Of a DNA stretch of 64,000 nt, positions 14,201-27,162 are shown in pieces; within the stretch, counting starts at the first letter, position 1, and the number at the start of each line of letters is the position of its first letter. The translations under genes were made by a program, and so were the position numbers. The stretch comes from Cenococcum geophilum (taxonomy: Eukaryota), in NCBI GenBank assembly GCA_050273025.1, contig CP158635.1, forward strand, positions 15,872,001 through 15,936,000. The letters run 5' to 3'. The notes under the pieces are model-generated. The model had not been told where the DNA came from. It worked only from the letters and a program-made list of their open reading frames with translations, and did not search any database.

Positions 14201-17200
14201 AGAGCTAGGTAAGCTTACTTAATAAGCCTAATAGACTAATACGCCTTAACTGGAACAGCTTTTGTTAATATAGCTATGGCCGTAGCATACTACTAGAATT
14301 CCTTGCTAATAAAGTTCCTACTAGCGTTGTGGGTGATATACTTAGGAGGTCTAACGTACGTGTTAATCCAGCAGGTCCGTAAAATATCCTAAGTATACTT
14401 TACGGATATATTTTGCAACTAACGGGCGGCTTAGTAGTGGGTTACCTCATTAATTATATATAATACTAGGCTGCCGTTAATATACATAATGTCTATATAT
14501 ACTAAGTGGTTAAAGTTAAGGTCCTTATAAAGGGTAAACTTAAATCGGCCTAGGGAACGTCCGTATTTCTGGCAAAAGGAGCAGTATTTAGTTAGGTAAT
14601 TAACTGCCTTTCTGTCGACGTTATCGTGTCTAGAGCGTTCAAGGACTCTATATAGCTTTTCGGCTAATAGGTGGCCGAAACGGCGGTGCAGACGGTAGAT
14701 CTCCGTACTGGTAAGGTAGTACGGGTTATAGTTAAAAGATTCCTAAATGTAGGTCCGTAAAGTCTCTCCCTATATAAGGAACGGGTGTCTAAATTATTGT
14801 GTAATTGGCAGGGTAATATACTTGCTTCCTGGGGCAGTTGCGGGGCCGATTAAGGTGTTTATAATATTGTTATAGTAAACCTGTAACCTGTCTATATCTA
14901 TAAGGCAAAGTAAGAAAAGGGTATCTGCTTTTACTATGTGGAAGTTAATTAGGCCAATTAGGGTCTTAACTACAATTAATCCAATTAATGTAGTTAAGCT
15001 AATGCCGAATTGGACATTTACGGCCCTAGTTTGCGTAATATTAATATCCGTATTGTTATTTGCGGTGGTCCTATATGCGAGGTATTATCCGTAGCCTGTA
15101 GTAGACTTCTTAAAGGCGCCTGTGTCGATTATAACACCATAGAATTCCTTGGGGGTATAGCGTTCTGTGGTGATATATACAAATAGGTCCTGCTTATAAT
15201 CTATAATGTCTATAATAGGGGTGCTTGCGGAATGGTTTTTGGGTATAACTAAGTGTATAAAGGAACGGTTGGCTAATACGGTCGTAATATTAAAGGCTTA
15301 GCTATCCGTAAAAGGTTTAAAAGTAGTTAGGAATGTCTCTAGGGTCTCCTGTTTCTAGTTATTTAGGTTAAAGTTAATTATAAGGGCTTCTATTAACTTA
15401 TTAGGGGGCTCCTCTTCTTCCTCTCCTTTATATTCTAAGATAAACTAGCTAATCCGTTTATTAAATCTTTTCTTAGACCTGTTATGTTCTTCCTGGGTAT
15501 GCCTTGTAGACCAACATCCTTCCTTGCCACACACGAAGTATTTCTGGCTTGTTTATCTATAGGGGTATACTTTTGTATGGGGGTTGCTGCGGGGGTTATA
15601 GGTAGGACTTGGTCGGTACGGGTGCTACTAGCAGTAGCAGCGGTCCGTAAAGTAGACGTCTAAGTCTGTTTATAGATATTAAATATCCGTAATAAAGGCT
15701 TAAGTGCTGCCTAGTAGGTTTGAGACTTTATAGGTTATAATAGAGGAGCGTAGATTATTAATGAGGCTAGCTAAGGTATCTGTAGGCTTATAGCAGGCGT
15801 ATTTATAGGGCTTTACTTCCTGGCAGGCCGTAATAAGTTTATTGTACAGGAAGTTGTCTGTTTAAAGCTTAGCGTTAAGGCCGTACTATAGGTGCCGAAG
15901 GTCTTTGATAAGAATTTGTAGGCACTCTATAGTTAATTTTTTAGTATTCTTGTTGATTACGGTCCGTAGCTTAGTTGTATTTCATTAGGTAAGGATATTA
16001 CGCCTATATTCTGGTCCTTTAAAGTAGTTATAGGTAGCTTTGTATAGCTTATTAAAGGGGACACTAAGGGGGTTGCTTTTAAGGTTAGTGTAGTAGTGGT
16101 TAAGTGCTAGGCCGCGCAGTATAGTAGAGTAGGCTTAGCTAAACTCTTATTTAGGAATGTTGGCCTTCTGGCAGAGGTCTGTAAAAATAATTAGTTTAAA
16201 GTTAAAATTATTATTTTCACTGCTGTACTTGGATTCGTTGGTATAGAGCTTAGCTAGGTTAGCTAGCTCCTTACTATAGGTTTTTGCTTAGGTAGGTTGC
16301 GGATCTATAACTTACAGATTTATGGCTTGCGGATATATAGCTTACGGGTCTATAACTTAAATAGCGGGGGTAGTTTAGTCCATATTTTGGTTTATAGGGG
16401 TGTTGTAATCCATAACTTAAGAGTAGGGTGTATTTTGGCCAATAAGGTTAAGTCTAAAGCCGCTTAGGTTTATGGGACGAATTTGGTTAAGTAGGTTAGG
16501 TATAAGGCTAGCGATTATATTAAGTTTAGAAAAAGTAAAGAGTTCCTTAGTTTTTTAGAACTAGTTTAGGATTTCCTTTTTAGTCTATTCTATTTGGTCC
16601 TTTTTATATATTATATTGTATAAGGACTATATAATAGTAACTTATTTATTCCTTTTAACCCATATACCTTAGTTACGTAAAAGGGTTTATAGTTTACGGA
16701 TAGTAATAGGGTTATAGGCCTTAAGAATAGCTTCCGTAAAGTCCGTAAAGTCTTTCTAGTATTACTCCCATAGGTCGTTATTTATAAGCTTAAAGTGTTT
16801 ATATTTAAGGATTTTAAAACTAATATAGTCGTTAATGTCGTTTATAGACGTAACGTTGACTCCTTGTCTCTACTTCTTTTAACCTTTACTAACTTGCTTG
16901 CTAATGTCTGCCATACTATAGTGTAGTGTAGTGCGTAGCGGGTAGTAGCAGCTTATAACGGGTGGGGGAGGTCTTATAACAGTCCGTAAAATTAATTAAC
17001 GGGTCCGTAATAGTTTGCAGGAGGGTAGGGGTTTTCCGCAAAAGGTCTAAAGAGGTTTAAGGTTCAAGGGGTTTAAGGATAGGGGTTCCGTATAGGTCTG
17101 TATTCGCGTTTATAACTTCCGGTAAACTATATTAAGACTTAAATAAGTATACAGAGTTAGTGATAGTCCGTAATCCCCGACTTCCGACCTTCTAGTAGGT

Positions 17201-17511
17201 CGTACTAGGAGTCTAAACGGGTGGTTGCTGTCGTGTGTATCGCTCGGGGGGAGGTATTAAGTAATTGCTGATCTGTGCGCGCTTACTGATTAGTGTTCGT
17301 ACTAACTTAATAGCACGAGTGAGTTATATCCCGGGGCACGAAATATATGTAGTATTATATGCTCTTTGGGATGGTGGTGACTGTTAATTCTATTAAGGTA
17401 GACTACGTGGTCTATATACTAACGCGCCTCCCCTCTGATTAGTCAGCACGTAGGTGGTTGGTGCATGAATGCGTATTTACGCGTTTGTATACTAGGTGCT
17501 GTAATTATACA
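11270..17511 (-). mobile_element. Ty1/Copia LTR retrotransposon D (GalEa-like), RIP-inactivated, nested in A
   Basis: 218-bp LTRs 11270-11487 and 17294-17511; TSD GGGTT; minus-strand order knuckle (FVCGKEGCWSTRH ~15500-15540), protease YGVIIDTGA (~15115-15142), integrase LHRRFGH (~14670-14690) and AVKAINDTAGPNGLVPTLLVYG (ORF 13855-14136), RT KPLYGVPEAGNHWFKT (~13030-13077). Confidence 0.93.
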
Positions 17512-20500
17512 GGGTTGTTCTTATATTTGTTTTCTATTAATTTATTCCTATTAAGCTCCATATTTAAAAATATAGGGTATAGTTTCTTAAAGCGTTTAGG
17601 GGGCAGTAGAATTTATAATTAATTTATAATCTATTTAGTAAAGGCGTTTATAGGTAAGTCCTATAATTATTATATTAATAAGTTAAGCTTCTAATTAAGT
17701 TTACTAGGTCAATATATAATCTTAAAGTTAAATTATAAGAGGTATTCGGCCTAATAAATTTAGCGCTGTATTAATTGCTTTATAGTTATAAAGTACTATA
17801 GGTTTTTATAGTCTATTAATACGCGTATTAGGAATAACAATCCTTTAAGTTTTAAACGCTATTATTTAAAGTATCTAATAATTGTAAGCAGTTCCTTATT
17901 ATATATCTTATAGTTTAATTTAGTAGGGGTAAGTTTCCGGGAGAGAAAGGCTACTAGGTGTAGCTCGCCATTCTTATTATATTATAATAACACTCCTCCT
18001 AGTATATAATTAGACGAGTCTACTTTAACAATATATTTAAGGTTTAGATTAAAGTAGGTAAGAATTAGAGCAGTTAAAAAATAATATTTTAGGTTGTTAA
18101 AAGCTTATTTATATTTAGTAGTCTATTTAAATCTTATGTTTTTTTTATTAAGTTTACTAATAGCTAAACAATTTTTAAGAAGTAATTAATAAATTAATAG
18201 TAGAAATTTGCGAATCCTAGAAATCTTTAGATATTTTATATACTACTAGGACTTTCCTAGTTTACAATTATAGCAATTTTTTAGGGTCTATTTTAATTCC
18301 GCTACGGGATATAATTAGGCCTAAGTATATAACTTTAGACGTATAGAACTTATATTTCTTAATATTATATTATAAGCCTATGTCTTATAGGCGTTTAAAA
18401 ACTATTTAGATGTGCTTCTAATACTTAAAAAGCAAAGATAAATAAATTAAGATATTATTAATATATATAGTAATAAATATACTAAGGAATTCGCGAAGCG
18501 TATTATTAACGTATTACTAAAACGTACTAGGACCATTTTTTATACTAAATAGCATTACTAGGTATTTAAAAAGTCCCTATTATATATAGAAAGCTATATA
18601 CTTCTTATCTCCTTTATAAACATAGATTTAATTAAAGGCAGCGACTATGTCGAGCTTTATAAAGTATTATACTTTTACTAAATAGTTAAGCGTTTCTTAA
18701 AGTAGAGGAATTAGATATTAGTTTTAAATCGTAATCACATTTAGGGCTTAATAATTAATACAGAACTTTAAGCCCCCTTTATGTTTCTTAATAAATAGTA
18801 TAGGTAAGGCAAATAGTAATTAATTAGGGTAAATAAATCCTTTCTCTAGGTGTTCTTTAAGGTATTATTATATTATAAGCAGCTTTTCTTACGATATACC
18901 GGATAATGGGCTAAACTTTAGCGTTATACTAGGTTTAAGTTCTATCTTAAAATCGTACTTATCTTAATATAGGGGTAGTTAGTCTATAAATCATTTCTTA
19001 AACGTAATAATTAAATTATAATATTCTTTAGGTATAAGAGGTTATGGGTTAATATATTACTTTAGTTCTAACGCCTTTTTAATATCTTTTAGTATTATAG
19101 TAAAGATCTTATAGTCTTATTTTTTTACTAATAAATAAAAGGGCGCGGCTTATATTATATAAATTTTAAGAGGTTTTAATATATTATCTTCGTATTCTTT
19201 ACCGCAATTAGTAGTTATAACTTTATTATATTAGTTTAAGGTTTATAGTAAGGGCAATTTATATTATATTAAATTTAAATAGTTATATATATATTTATAG
19301 GGCAAGTAGTATTTTAAGTAATAACTTTAGCAGTAGGTTATACGGAATTTTAGTATTTCTTTAACCCAGCTAATTAAAGGATTATATTTTTTAGCTATTT
19401 ATATCTAAGTATTACTTTATAATACTTTAAGGGTATTATAAATAGGGAAATATATTTAAGGTATTTACCTATCTATATCTTTATAAAAGCGTAGTATATT
19501 AGTTCGCCGTATATTAAAGGCTTACTATTAAAGCCTTATAGGCCTTAGGGCTTATTAAGTTTCTTTAAATTTAAGCATTAAGTTTTCGCGTAGTTTGTAT
19601 TAATAAAGCCTATACTAGTAGCTCTGCTATCTATTAAAATTTATACCTCCTTCTATTTTTTAAGTATTTAAATTTCGCCAAGTATATTAAGGGAGTTATA
19701 TATATATTAGCGCTAGAAGAGCCTAGATACTTATACTCTTTCACATTTTATCTTAAGGCGCGACTTAGCCCTAAGACGATTTATTTTCTAAATTAACTAA
19801 AGGTAAAATACTTTATAGTAACTAAGTATAATTTATAGAATAAGTATGATTTAAGGACTAAAAGGAACTACGTTAGACCTTTGTAAAAGGGTAGGTTTGG
19901 CAATTTCTTTAAATATATCCCTTTTTACCATATCTAAAGCATTCTCTATTTATAGCTTATGTTCTTTATTTATTAGTTCCTAAGGGTATATAGGATTAAG
20001 TAGTATTAAGGTCTATAGGGTCGTATATAAGACTTTTTAGGTTTAGAGACGGGTTGCGCTTTAGGGTATATACCGGTTTTATAAAGTTTTAAATATAAGG
20101 TATAGTTAGCTTTAGGGAACGAGTTTATTTATTATATTAAAGGTTCTTATTAATTTATTAACACATTATAGCAAATTTGGGTAAATTCTTTGGCAGTTCT
20201 TTACCTACTAATTATACTCTAATTTTATCTAAAAATAACTTAATAGAGAGTAGTAACTCTAGCGGCTTTATTCTAATTTAGTTTATTAATAAGGCTTAAA
20301 AATTCTAAAAAGAAGCTAGTAAAGTCTCGGTTCCGTTATTATAGGTTTTTAAGTTTAGTAATAGCTATATATTCGCGGCTAGCGTTATTATATATTTATT
20401 TTAATAAAGAGATAAAAAATTTTAAATTAATAAAGGTGCTATTACGGAAGAATAGGTCTATAGTTTATATAGCGTCTTTATTTAAATAAGACATTCTATA

Positions 20501-21178
20501 GCTAATCTTGCTAGCTTTAGTAGGGTATTAGTTATAGTTTATTAAAAGTTTAAGATAAAGCTTAGTTATAAAGGGATATAAGTTATTTTAATTTCTATTA
20601 AATATTAAAGGGTTAGTGAGCTTTTTAGATTTTATAATAGGTACTAGGTTTATTATATATACGGGTTAAGCTACTATTACTAGTTTAGGGTGTGTATTTA
20701 ATAGGTCGGGTTTATATATAGTTATTTTAATTTTATTTATAGGTATTACTATTAGGGTCTCTAATATAAGTACTTTAGCGCCATAGAGTTCTTTATATAT
20801 TACTTTAATTAATTACTAATACTAAGCTTCTAATATAGTTTGTTACTAAGCTAATGCATCTATAAAGAACTGTTGCATTATAGTCATTTATTCCCTAACT
20901 AGAGCTATAATAGTTAACGTAGCGGATTTAAGTTCGTTTACTATTTTAAGGGTATTAGTATTAATATAACATAATATAAGGGCGCAAAGAAACTTTAGGG
21001 AAGATTTAAAGGAATAATATAAATTCTATCTAAATTTAAGGGTATATAGCTCTTGTTAGGAACAAGACGTTGCGTAAAGAAGAGAAAGGAATAACAAGAT
21101 AATTATATAATTAAATAGTTAGGGGCTTGGTGGTCGATGCATGCGCATATACGCACGCGGTCTTTAACGGACTTCGGT

Positions 21179-24100
21179 TGTTACGGCACTAGCAGAACTT
21201 AGCAGAACTTAGCAGAACTACGTACCGGCAAGTTGCCACAGATTGCCGTATATTGCGGTTATATGACGCGAAGATCGTATATAGCTTCAAGCGGCGCTCC
21301 CCTTCTTCTCCTTTCCTTTCTTTAGCTTTAGATTCTCGTTTATAGACAATCCAATTGTACAGGCTTGCGCGACCCTTTTACTATACTTATATCTTAATTA
21401 ACTAAGTCGCTAATATTATCTAAAGCTTACTCTACTCTTTCTTCCTAAAAAGGAACTTAAATATATCTATAAGAACATAGAATAGGACCCTAAGGATATT
21501 ACTAGGACTATAAGGACAGGACCTAAAAAAAAAAGAATAGAACCTTAAGGAAAGGACCTATAAGATATACACAGACCAGAACCCCTAAAGAAATTACCTA
21601 GAATTACCTAATACCCCTACTACTATGCCACGAACTATAGTAGTAGGTAAAGCAGCTATAGGACCCTTAAATACTTTAGATAAAGAAATAATTAATGTTT
21701 TAACCCCCTAGGCGGAGCTTACGGCTACTAATACCGAAATTAAATAATTGCGAGAGCTACTTAAAGCTAGAGATACCCCTATATCTAATAATAAGTCATT
21801 ATTAGACAACTAAAGACTTACTATAGTCCTTTAGGCCCTATCCCAGCGCCTTAGTAGATTTATTAAGGCCTATATAGTACCAAAGCGGTTAGTAAAGGTC
21901 GTAGACCCCCTACTACTTATAGACGGAACCAACCCTATATTTAATAATTAGAAGCTTTAATTACGGGATAAGCTTAAAGTTAATATAAACCACTTCCCTA
22001 ACGCCCAAGCTAAAATGGCCTATGTTTTTGGCCGTACTGGCGGAGACGCCTAAACGCATTTACGCCTGTAATATACTAAAGACTTAGCAGACCCCTTTAT
22101 CTCTAAAGAAGAAATAATTAAATACTTATCTTCTATTTATAAAGACCCTTTTAAAGTATAGAACGCCTATCTAGGCTATAAAAGCCTAAATATAAAAACA
22201 ACGGAGACCTTTTTAGCCTTTTAAACCCGCTTTCTACACCTAGCTGGATAGGCCTAGATCCCCTAAGAAGACCTACTGCTAGACCTCTTTAATAAGCTTA
22301 CCCTGGACCTATAGCAGGCTATATTACCAGCTTATACTACGGTATAAACATTAAAGGAACTTATAGATTATTGCCTAGCTATTAACTAAGGCCTCTATTA
22401 AATTAAGGCACGCGCTAACTAGCTAAAAACTAGAAACCTTATAAACTAGGCCGCAAGTACTATAAGTATAGCCCATAATACCCTAGTATAATTGGCAACT
22501 CCTATAGCTAACCCGGTAGCTGGCTGCGTAGCTACCCCTACTATAGGCCTAGTATATACCTAGCCTATATATAGGCCTTTAGTAATTAAGGAGCTTGCTT
22601 TTTATACGGTTAAATAGGCTACCCTATAAGGAACTGCCTAATAAAGGTAAAGATAAATAAGGTCCTATTAATTTAGGAGGATAGTACGGAGCCGGAAAAA
22701 GAGAAACCCTAAAGAAAGACTCCTCTCTAGGGTTAAAAGGGATTAATATGTTATATATTAATCTAGGTTAGCTAGTTAGTGGAAGAAGCTATACTATCCC
22801 TTATACTTTATTTCGTAATAGATATTAAGTTTTAACCTCTGCTTTAGCTGACTTAGGAATAAATGCCTTTACCTTAATTAATATAAAGTGCGCTGCAAAA
22901 CTGGCTAACTTTTTAAATATACCCCTTAAAGAACTACCTAAACTAATCCCTATTTGCGGTTATAATAGATAGATAGGGCTACCTATTATAACTATCTTGC
23001 AGATCTACCTTCGCGTTAATAGACGAAGGTAATATAATGTCCCCTTTCTTATTACAGACTTAGGAAGCTATAATATAATCTTAAAAAGAAAATAGCTAGC
23101 CTATTTAGGCTTATAGCTTAAAGTACGGAGTAGATGGCTTATCTAGCCTAAAACTCTACCCCTAACCCCTTTCTTTATAAAAGAAATTAGTATTATAATA
23201 GAAAACCTTATACGGCCCTAGATTAATACTATTTACTAGGCCAATGCTATGCGTAGAGACTAGGCCTTTAAGAAGGACGTATAGCTTAACCCGCAACGGA
23301 TCTGTATACTACGCCGCCCTTAGACTACCTATATTACGCCACCCGTACTAAAGACTTAGGAAGTTAGTAGTAACCTAGCTAAGTTCCTTATGGAGAACCC
23401 TACAAAGCTATAAAGGAAAGCTAGGGATATCGGATACTATACTAAACTAATAAATAGGAAGGATAACTTATAGAAAATAAAACGTGAGCTAAGGAAGACT
23501 ATAAATCCTATACCGCAAACCACGGCCTAATAGACGCTAAAGAAACCTACGGACCTCCCACTAGTTAATATCTGCTATATTGGCGCTATAGGATTCTACT
23601 AGAACCTGGTTTAGCCTAATACTATTACCTTTATAACTAGCCTATATAAAATTAACTAAATAATTAAGGAAAAGAAAAGTAAGCTTAGCGGATAGGAAAG
23701 CGGGCTTATAGATAAAGAATTAGTAAAGTAAAAGCTACCCGATTAACACCGGAAATTTAAGGATATATTCTTTAAAGCAGCGTTTAATATACTTCTACCT
23801 TACTAACTATATAACTATAAGATTGAGATTAAGCAAGATAAGGGAAGCACCCTTAGCTTTAGCCCTTTCTATTTATAGTCTATTACTAAATTATAGGCTA
23901 TAAAGTAGTACCTTATTAATAACCTAAATAAGGGCTTTATTAAGCCTAGCTAAGCCCCTTTTAACTTACCTATTCTCTTTATTAAAAAGCTAAATAGAGG
24001 ACTGCGCTTCTGTATTAACTACTATAAGCTAAATAATATAACCCGCAAGGACCGCTACCTACTACCCTTACTTAATAAGACTTTACCTAAATAAGTAGAG

Positions 24101-27100
24101 CTAAGGTTTTTATAAAGCTTAATATCTGCTAGGCCTTTTACCAAATTAGAATAGACCTAGGGTTTAAGGATCTTACTATATTCCGGACCTGTTACAGGAC
24201 GTATAAATATAAGGTACTTTCTTTTAGACTAACTAATGGACTAGCTATATACTAGCGGTATATAAATAATATACTCTTTAACTACCTTAACAACTTCTAT
24301 ACGGCCTATCTGAATAATATTATAATCTACTTAGAGAACAAACTGGAATATAAGGAGTACGTTTATAAAGTCCTATAACGGCTTCGCGAAGCTAGCCTCT
24401 AGGCTAATATTAAGAAGTTAGAATTTAGTGTTAAGCGTATAAAGTACCTAGGTTTTATTATTAGCATAGACGGAATTAAGGCCGACCTAGAGAAAATAAC
24501 CGTAATTAACTAGTAGACGCCCCCACGGACCGTAAAGGGGGTATAATTATTTTTAGGTTTCTGTAACTTTTACTAATATTTTATTAAGAACTACAGCAGG
24601 ATTACCTAGCCTCTTAACCGCCTTACTAGGAAAAACTAGCCCTTTTACTTTAACGCTATATATATATAGGCCTTTAATAAGCTTAAAAAACGGCTAGTAT
24701 TAGCCCCCCTATTTACCTACTTTAATCTAAAACAGCCCTTAATGCTAGAAACTAATGCCTTAGATAGTATAATAGCTAGTGTTTTTTCTAAAAGTAACCA
24801 GACGGAAAATAGCACCCTATTATATACTATTTAAAGACTATAATAGATGCTAAACTAAACTACTATATTTATAATAAAGAAATGCTAGCTATTATCTCTA
24901 GCTTTTAGCACTGGCGTATATAGCTAGAGGGGACCCCTAAACCTATTAAAGTAGTATTAGATTATAAGGCCCTAGAATACTTTATAATAACTAAGGCCCT
25001 TACGGCCTAGTAGGCACGCTAGGCGGATATCCTATCTTAGTTTAACTTCTTAATTATATATAGACTAGGCGCTACGAACCGTACGGATACTCTTATTAGG
25101 CGTAAATAAGACCTAGGTAACTATATAGCTATAAAGATCTTATTATAGACCTAGACGCTACTACGACTAAAGCACCTTAACCCCTAAATATAGGCAGAAC
25201 TAAGTATAGACTTCTTAGGCGCTAAGATGTATCCTATTAACCCTTTAGGACTTAACTTAATTAACAAATTACTATAGATAAACTATACGGCCCCTTCTTT
25301 ATAGGAGTACCGTAAAAAGGTAAAGAACGTTACTAGCCTATAGTCCCTTAAAAATAGATTACTTAAGTATTAGAAACGGCTAGTAGTGGTAGAGGAATAG
25401 AACTTACGGACTCGGCTTATTGCTAAAGTATATACCTAGGTCTTTACGGCCTACCCTAGAAAGAATAAGACCCGTAGGATTATTAGCGACCGCTACTACT
25501 AGCCCGGAATAGTTATAGATATTAACCGCTATATATAGAACTGCAATAACTACCGTAGGTCTATAATCCCATAAGATAAAACCCTAGAACTATTAAAACC
25601 CCTCTTAATACCTAACCGCCCCTAGTAATATGTCTTTATAGACTTTTATAAGCTACCTCTAGACCGTAATAGATATAATATAGTTATAATCCTAGTTAAC
25701 CGCTTTAGTAAGCGCCTGTTTTTAATTCCCTATTATAAGAATATTAATGCTAAAGAGGCAGCCTAACTATATATCTACTACGTCTATTAAATTTACGGAC
25801 TACTAGATATTATTATATCTAACTATAGGCCGTAGTTTATATTAGCCTTTTAGAATAAGTTTACCTAGATCTTAGGTATTAAGCTAAAGCTTTTTATAGT
25901 ATATTACCCCTAGATAGATAGTTAAACGGAGATTATAAATTAATACTTGGACTAGAGACTCCGGCCTTTTATTAACTACTTTTAGGATAACTAGGCTGAA
26001 CTGTTACCCTTAATAGACTATGCCTAAGCGACCCTACCCTACAACTTTACTGGATTTGCCCCTATTTAACTAGAAATAGGTTACCTACCCTATATAAGCT
26101 TTAACTAGGAAAGACTAGAAGGGCCCTAGACTATACGCAAAAAACTATCTTATAAGAAAGCCTAGCAGTATACTAAGCGCTTAGAAGAAGCCTAGAAAGT
26201 AGCCTATATAAACCTAAAAAAGGCCTAGAAATTAATAAAATAGTAGGTAAATAAGTATAGGCACGAGCCTGACTTTACTATAGGTAATATAGTCTAGGTT
26301 ATAATAAAGAACTAAAAGATAGAATGGCCTAGCTATAAGCTAGACTATAAGATAGTAGGACCGTATAAGATTTTTTATAAAGTAGGCAACTTATATAAGG
26401 TTAAGCTCCTAGACTTAATTAAAGTCTACCCTATCTTCTTACCGGATAAGCTATAGAAAGCTATAAATAATCTACTACCTAGATAAAAGAATAAACCTCC
26501 TCTATTAATTTAAGTTAATAATAATAATAAATGGGAAATTAAAGAAATACTAGCCTATAAACTTATAAAGGGAATGTTAAAGTATTATATTAGTTAGAAA
26601 GGATATAACCTAGACCCTACTTAGTACCCTATATAGAACTTTATAGGTAGCCCCTATAAGCTTTAGGAGTTTTATAGCCGTTACCCTAATAAACCTAGAC
26701 CGCTAAAGTACCTAGATAAGTGGATAGAATGCTAGTATAATAAAGATAATAAGCTACTAAAAGAATATAAGGATAAGAACACCCTAGAAATTTCTTAGTT
26801 ATATAAGGTGTTAAAATATTTAGGAACTTTAACCGGCGGTTAAAGTTGTTTAATTAGTTAGATTCTCTTGCTAAGACTTTTAGCGGCAAAGCCTAAGGGC
26901 AGGCTTTTTTGGAGGGGGGGGTAAATGTTACGGCACTGGCAGAACTTAGCAGAACTTGGTAGAACTACGCACTAGCAAGTTGCCACAGATTACCGTATAT
27001 TGCGGTCATGTGACGCAAAGATCGTATATAGCTTTGAGCGGCGCTCCCCTTCTTCTCCTTTCCTTTCTTTAGCTTTAGATTCTCGTTTATAGACAATCCA

Positions 27101-27162
27101 ATCGTACAGGCTTGCGCGACCCTTTTGCCGTGCTTATGTCTCGATTGACTAAGTCGCTAACA
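21179..27162 (+). mobile_element. Gypsy/chromovirus LTR retrotransposon B, copy 1, inserted within the 5' LTR of A
   Basis: 237-bp LTRs 21179-21415 and 26926-27162 (TG...CA); TSD TCGGT (21174-21178, 27163-27167); RT YLNNIIIY (~24308); PPT ggagggggggg; A LTR sequence resumes after 27167. Confidence 0.95.
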
